This document shows positions 35,366 through 40,821 of a stretch of 40,821 nt of DNA, piece by piece. A model generated the notes under the pieces. The model was not told where the DNA came from and ran no database searches. It saw nothing but the letters and a program-made list of their open reading frames with translations. Every line of letters starts with the position of its first letter. Position 1 is the first letter of the stretch. The position numbers and the translations under genes were made by a program. The DNA is from Mycoplasma sp. (GTDB taxonomy: Bacteria; Bacillota_I; Bacilli_A; Mycoplasmatales; Mycoplasmoidaceae), in the NCBI GenBank assembly GCA_045657345.1, contig JAZOSV010000002.1, positions 1-40,821 of the forward strand, in the 5' to 3' direction.

Positions 35366-38191
35366 ATGGATTTTAAAAAATATTATGATAAATATTTAAA
35401 TTCTAGTGGTTCTGTTAGTGAAGAAATTATTGAGAAAGCTCTAATTTATCACTTATGTCATAAATTAAATTATTCTTATAGAGAAGACATAAAGGATTCT
35501 TTGCAATTAAAGCAAAATTTTAGAGAGAAATACGAAAGATTAAATTCTTATAAATTCAATGATGAGGAATTTGAAAAATTTTGAACTACATTTAATTCTG
35601 GAGATATATTTAAAAGATTTGAAATATTGCAAAAAGATTTATATGAACCAAAGGATAAAAACGGGAAAATTACAAGACAATTAAAATTTTTTGACTATGA
35701 AAATATTGAAAATAATTCTTTTGAGATTGTAAATCAATTATGAACAAAAAACAAAAATAATGAAAATAACAGATTTGATATTAATTTACTAATTAATGGA
35801 ATTCCAATTATCCACATAGAATTAAAAAGAGAAAACAAGAATTTAGAAGATGCATGTAAACAAATAATTTCTTATAAAGAAATACAAGCAATTTCTGATT
35901 TTTTTAACTATACAAAATTGTTTATCTATTCAAATGGTACAAGTACTAGATATTTTGTTAATAATCCTCATAATTTCGAAAAACATCAAAATCTTTCATT
36001 TGAATGAACAGATAAAAAAAATGAAAAAATTAATGAGATATTAAAATTTTCAACTTGTTTTTTAAAAAAAGAATTTTTACTAGATTTTATTAAAAATTAT
36101 TTTGTTATTGATAAGAAGAAAAATGATATTAAGGTCTTTAGGTCATATCAATATCATGCATCTAATGAAATTATTAAAAAGATCAAGAATAATCAGTTAA
36201 CAAACAAACAAAAATCTGGATATGTTTGACATTCAACTGGTTCAGGAAAAACTATGACATCTTTTAAGGTTTGTGAAATTCTTTCTTGTTTAAAAGAAAT
36301 TGATTTAACTATTTTTTTAATTGATAGACAAGATTTAAATACACAAACAGTAAATGTATTTCAATGTTTTTCAAATAATAAAAATCTTGTTCATAATGCA
36401 ACAAATACAAATGATTTGATTGAATTAATGCTAAGTAAAAATTCAAATAGAAAAATCATTATTTCCACTATTCAAAAATTAAATAATGCAATTAGAAACT
36501 CTGATAAATCAAGATTAAAATCAATATCAAATAAAAAAATTGTTTTTATGGTCGATGAAGGACATAGATCTCAAGTTGGAGAAATGAGAAAAAATATTGA
36601 CAAATTCTTTACTAATTCAATTAATATTGCTTTTACAGGAACTCCAATTTTTGATGAAAATTCATTAGATGGAAAAACTACAAAAAATATATTTGGAGAA
36701 GAAATTCATAGATATACAACATATGAAGCAATCAAGGATAAAAATGTAACAGACTTTGTTTTCAATTTTGCTCAATCTATAAAATTAGATTTTGACTCTT
36801 CAAGTATTATTTATCAGGATGAATTAGATGATGAATTAGAAGGAAATGAATATATAGAAATTGATCAAGGAAAAATTGATGCAGTAGTTGATTATATAGA
36901 TAAACATTATGATATGTACACAAGAAATAAAAAATTTAATACAATGCTCGCTTGTTCAACTATTTTGGAAGCAATATCTTATTATGAAACTTTTAGAAAG
37001 AATACTAAATTAAGATGTGCTATTGTTTATACAGCTAATAAGTCTGACTATACAAAAAATAGAGAAATATCCCTAAAATCCTATAATTTCTTGTTAGAAA
37101 GAATTCAGGAATATAACGAAACTTGAGATATTACTTCATTCAATAAATACAAATCATCAATTCAAAATGATTTTTCAGATGAAAATAAGAGAAAATATGA
37201 TTTACTAATTGTTGTTTCAATGTTATTAACAGGATTTGATTCGCCGATTACAAATACTTTGTTTTTAGATAAACAATTACATTATCAATCATTAATTCAA
37301 GCAATTAGTAGAACAAATAGGATATATCCAGGAAAAGAATCAGGATATATTGTATCTTTTAAGACATCAAAAGAAGATGTTCACAAAGCTTTTGCTTTAT
37401 ATACATCTGGAGGGTTAAACACTCCATTAGGTGAATGAAGAATATTTGAATATAAAGATTTAGAAAATGAGTTCAATAAAGCTATTAATAATTTACTTGA
37501 AAAATTTCCAAATCCTGAAATGGTTTCAAGTATTAGTGTACAAGAAGAAGAATTATGCTATGAATTTATAGACAAATTTAAAAAAGTTATGAAGGCATTT
37601 AATAAAATTAAGCCATGTCCAGAATTTAATTGAAACAACTTTAAATTAACTCAAAGAGATTTTGATAAATTTAAAGGAGAATTCAATAGAATAGGCGAAA
37701 CCTCAAAAAATATTAATGTTATTTATGTTTATAATGATTATCAAATTGTCGATTTAGAAAGAGTTGAATTTAATGTTGATTATTTAAAACATTTATTAGA
37801 TGAATTCTTGAAAAAGCCATTTAAAAATGAAAGTGATTTTGAAAAATTTAGAAACGAAAAAGTTCAAAAGGCAACATCAGAAAAAGATAAAGAAATCTTG
37901 GTTGGATTTTTACAATATGAGAGATTTAGAAATATCAAAACCTTTGATGATGTGATCAAGGCATGAAATACTTATATTTTAAATTTAATCAAATCAACAG
38001 AAGAAAAGGCTATTTTGAAATGAAAAACAACAAAAAGCATCATTCATGATTTAATTAAAGAATTAAGAATTAAAAATAATCGATTAGATGCTGAATATAT
38101 TGAAAATGCACTTCCAAACTATATAGATGGATATTTAGATGGCAAATATGAATTTAAAATAAATGATGTAAATAAAATTGTTAGAAAATAA
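35366..38191 (+). CDS. hsdR: Type I restriction enzyme, R (endonuclease/translocase) subunit
   Basis: N-terminal PD-(D/E)xK-like ..RFDINLLINGIPIIHIELKR.., helicase motif I ..STGSGKTMT.., motif II ..FMVDEGHRS.., later ..LLTGFDSP.. and ..QAISRTNR..; fragments are in one frame through TGA codons; 941 aa. Confidence 0.88.
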
Positions 38192-38244
38192 AGAACTTTA
38201 GAAGAAATGTCTGATTTAAAAATAATATAGAGTTTCTGTTCTGT

Positions 38245-38254
38245 AAAAAAAAAA
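38245..38254 (+). repeat. Poly(A)10 homopolymer in the hsdR-hsdS intergenic region
   Basis: CTGT-A10-CAAAAC, read directly, about 47 nt upstream of the hsdS ATG. Confidence 0.9.
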
Positions 38255-38300
38255 CAAAACTTTATTTTTTATGTTATATTTTATTTGTAGGGGGTTTTCT

Positions 38301-38858
38301 ATGAATAAATTAATAGATATTGCTGATGTATCTATAGGAATATTAAAAAACAGATATGAATGTAAACCATTTGATAAAAAACAAGTTATTTATAATATGG
38401 TTAATTATAGAAGTATTTCTGAAGAAACTTCTATTACATCTATAAAATTTATAAGTAATTCAGAAATCGATCAAATATTTTTCACAAAAGAAAATGACAT
38501 CTTAATTAAATTATTTCCTCCTATATCAATAACAAAAATTGGAAAAAATAATGAGAATTTATTAGTTTCATCTAATGTTGTTATGGTTAGAGCTAAAAAA
38601 ATTGAACCTAATTTATTGTATTTTTTATTGAAAACAAAATTGAAATACTTTAATCAATTAATGGATGGTTCAATTGTTAGGTCTTTAAATGTTAAATCGA
38701 TAAAAGACATTACCTTTATTGAAAATTTGAATAATAAGAATTTAATAAAAAGGGCTATTTTAAATGAATTATTTACAAAGAAAATAGTTCTTGAGAATAA
38801 GAAAATACAATTAATAAAAAAACAACAAATATTTTATACATTGAAAGGAGATAGATAA
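38301..38858 (+). CDS. hsdS: Type I R-M specificity subunit, half-size (one TRD plus one conserved helix)
   Basis: 185 aa; ATG 38301 is 6 nt after AGGGGG. It sits between hsdR and hsdM, has a C-terminal helical region ..LIKRAILNELFTKKIVLENKKIQLIKKQQ.., and its stop overlaps the hsdM ATG (TAATG). Confidence 0.65.
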   Translation: MNKLIDIADVSIGILKNRYECKPFDKKQVIYNMVNYRSISEETSITSIKFISNSEIDQIFFTKENDILIKLFPPISITKIGKNNENLLVSSNVVMVRAKKIEPNLLYFLLKTKLKYFNQLMDGSIVRSLNVKSIKDITFIENLNNKNLIKRAILNELFTKKIVLENKKIQLIKKQQIFYTLKGDR

Positions 38859-40390
38859 TGCCAACAAATTTAGAAAATGCACTATGAAAAGTTGCAGATA
38901 AAATAAGAGCTGAATCTTCTATGAAAGTTAATGAATCTCAGCCTTATATTATTGGTTTTTTATTTTATAAATTTTTATCTGAAAAAATGGAAAAAGAAAT
39001 TCTTGAAGCTTCAAAAGGAAAGGTTGAATATAGAAACTTAAATAATGATAAAAATATTTATGAAAAAACAAAAAAAGTAATGATTGATAGATTGGGATAT
39101 TTTATTGAATATAAAGAAACATTTCACTCAGTATTAGAAGATTGTCAGTTCAATCCTGAAAATTTAATTGAAAGGTTGCAAGTTGCTTTTAAAAGCATTG
39201 AAGACTCAACATTAGGTCAAGAATCTTCAAAAGAATTTAATGGTTTATTTAGTGATATTGTCTTAGATGCAAAAGTGTTAGGTCAAAATTCAATAGAAAG
39301 AGCTGAAAATCTTTTGAGCATTATGAAAGAATTAGATATTCCGGAATTAAACATTAATAATATGGATAATGATGTTCTAGGAGATACATATGAATTTCTA
39401 ATTGGAAAATTTGCAGCTGAATCAGGAGAAAAAGCAGGAGAATTTTACACCCCAGCATTTGTTTCAAATTTATTAATGAAATTAGTTACAAATAATGTAA
39501 AAGAAGCAACATATGTATATGATCCAACTTGTGGTTCTGGTTCTTTGCTTGTAAAAGCAAGAAATTATCTTGAAAAATATGGAAAATTATTAGGTCAAGA
39601 AAAATCAACATCAACATATAATATGGCAAGAATGAACTTATTTTTGCATGGTGTTAAATATAAAGATTTTCAAATAGAAAATGGTAATACATTAATAGAT
39701 AATAAATTTGAAGATCTAAAAGAACAAATTGATTTAATAGTAGCAAATCCTCCATTTTCACAAGATTGAAAACCAGAAGAATTGAAAGAAGATCCAAGAT
39801 TTAGAGATTATCCTAAAATGGCTCCTAAATCAACAGCTGATTTTGCTTTTATTCAGCATATGATTTATATGCTAAAAGAGGGTGGTAAATGTGGGGTAAT
39901 CGTTCCACATGGAGTACTATTTAGATCTAATGCTGAATATGAAATTAGGAAGTATTTAGTAGGATTTAAAAAATATTTAAGAGGTGTTATTGGTTTACCT
40001 GCAAATATGTTTTTTAATGCCTCGATTCCTACATGTATTTTAATTTTTGAAAAGAAAACATTTGATGAACCAATAATGTTTATTGAAGCTTCAAAAGAAT
40101 TTGTTAAAGCTAAAAATAAAAATCAAATGAGTAATGAAAATGTTGAAAAAATTGCTAATACATTTAATAATAAAAAAGAAATAGATAAATTCTCTCGTTT
40201 AGTTTCCTTAAAAGAAATAGAAGAAAATGATTTTAATTTAAATATAACTCGTTATATTGATACATTTGAAGATGAAGAAGAAATTGATATAAACGAAGTT
40301 AATAGACAATTAAAAGAAATTGACAAAGAACTGGAAGAAACTGAAAAAGAAATCCAAAAAATGATTTCTGAATTGGTGGAGAGTAAATAA
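38858..40390 (+). CDS. hsdM: Type I R-M N6-adenine DNA methyltransferase subunit
   Basis: Motif I ..VYDPTCGSGSLL.. and motif IV ..IVANPPFSQDW..; HsdM_N-like N-terminus; fragments joined through TGA codons; 510 aa. Confidence 0.9.
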
Positions 40391-40821
40391 ATGATTAAAA
40401 ATAAACAAGATTTCATTAATAATGTAAATCAAAATCATGAATATTTTTTGAGTAATAAAAATTTTTTTAAAAACAAATGAGAAATTAATTTTATTTTTTA
40501 TTACAATTCTATTTTCACATTATTATGTAAGAAAATTATTGATAGTGAATACTCTGATGAATTTTGAAATAATCTTATTCAACGTAGTATCAAAAATAAA
40601 GAAGAATACATTTTACTTTTTTCTTTTGAAATAGGGTTTCTTAATGAAAAATTATATAATAGAATAATGAATTTACGTTTAATAAGAAGCGAAAATACAA
40701 TAACGCATCCAATAAATACTTTTTTGAATTTTAGTTTTGAAGAATATGAAAAAGAAGCTCAAAATATTTTTCAACTTATAAATGAAAAAAAATATGAACA
40801 TAAACTTAATAAAGTGAACAT
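40391..40821 (+). CDS. Hypothetical protein, 5' partial (runs off window), HEPN-like Rx6H motif
   Basis: The ATG lies immediately after the hsdM stop codon. The frame is open with TGA as Trp for 143 codons to the window end. ..LYNRIMNLRLIRSENTITHP.. (R99 to H106) resembles the HEPN/DUF4145-type R..N...H motif. Confidence 0.45.

Noticed and set aside
38271-38300. The longer hsdS start at ATG 38271 given in the ORF track (MLYFICRGFS...).
   Set aside because: ATG 38301 is preceded by AGGGGG at ideal spacing, and the extra 10 residues overlap that RBS. The shorter model is preferred but not proven.
38192-40821. Phase-variable hsdS shuffling locus (multiple hsdS cassettes with inverted repeats and a recombinase, as in some mycoplasmas).
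   Set aside because: Only one hsdS-like gene is present. I see no second cassette, no long inverted repeats and no recombinase gene in the window, though sequence beyond the window end cannot be excluded.

Overview
This is a very AT-rich Mollicutes (Mycoplasma-type) chromosomal segment that must be read with translation table 4 (UGA = Trp). Most long genes in the supplied standard-code ORF track are split at in-frame TGA codons, and joining the pieces restores full-length conserved proteins. The coordinates below are my re-joined table-4 models. Layout: (1) 1-2100 holds terminator-like hairpins, an orphan 357-aa ORF and what looks like its decayed continuation. (2) 2103-17398 is a complete S10-spc-alpha ribosomal superoperon (rpsJ to rplQ, including secY-adk-map-infA-rpmJ) ending with rpmG. 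Several ribosomal proteins carry terminal extensions, including a Cys4 cluster on uL22. (3) 17400-23984 encodes a small acidic ORF, glf, a 450-aa membrane protein, an ECF S-component-like protein, an S1-like protein, cardiolipin synthase and deoC. (4) 24183-32171 has a CIRCE-like operator and promoter followed by tightly packed lon-leuS-(J-domain paralogue)-dnaJ-grpE. (5) metK-miaB lie on the minus strand. (6) 34937-40821 is an accessory type I restriction-modification island: hsdR, a half-size single-TRD hsdS, hsdM, then an unannotated ORF with an HEPN-like Rx6H motif that runs off the window end. That last locus is my best candidate for an undescribed defence add-on. I recognised no rRNA, tRNA, CRISPR array or IS/transposase. 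All family calls rest on motifs and gene order read by eye, with no database search.
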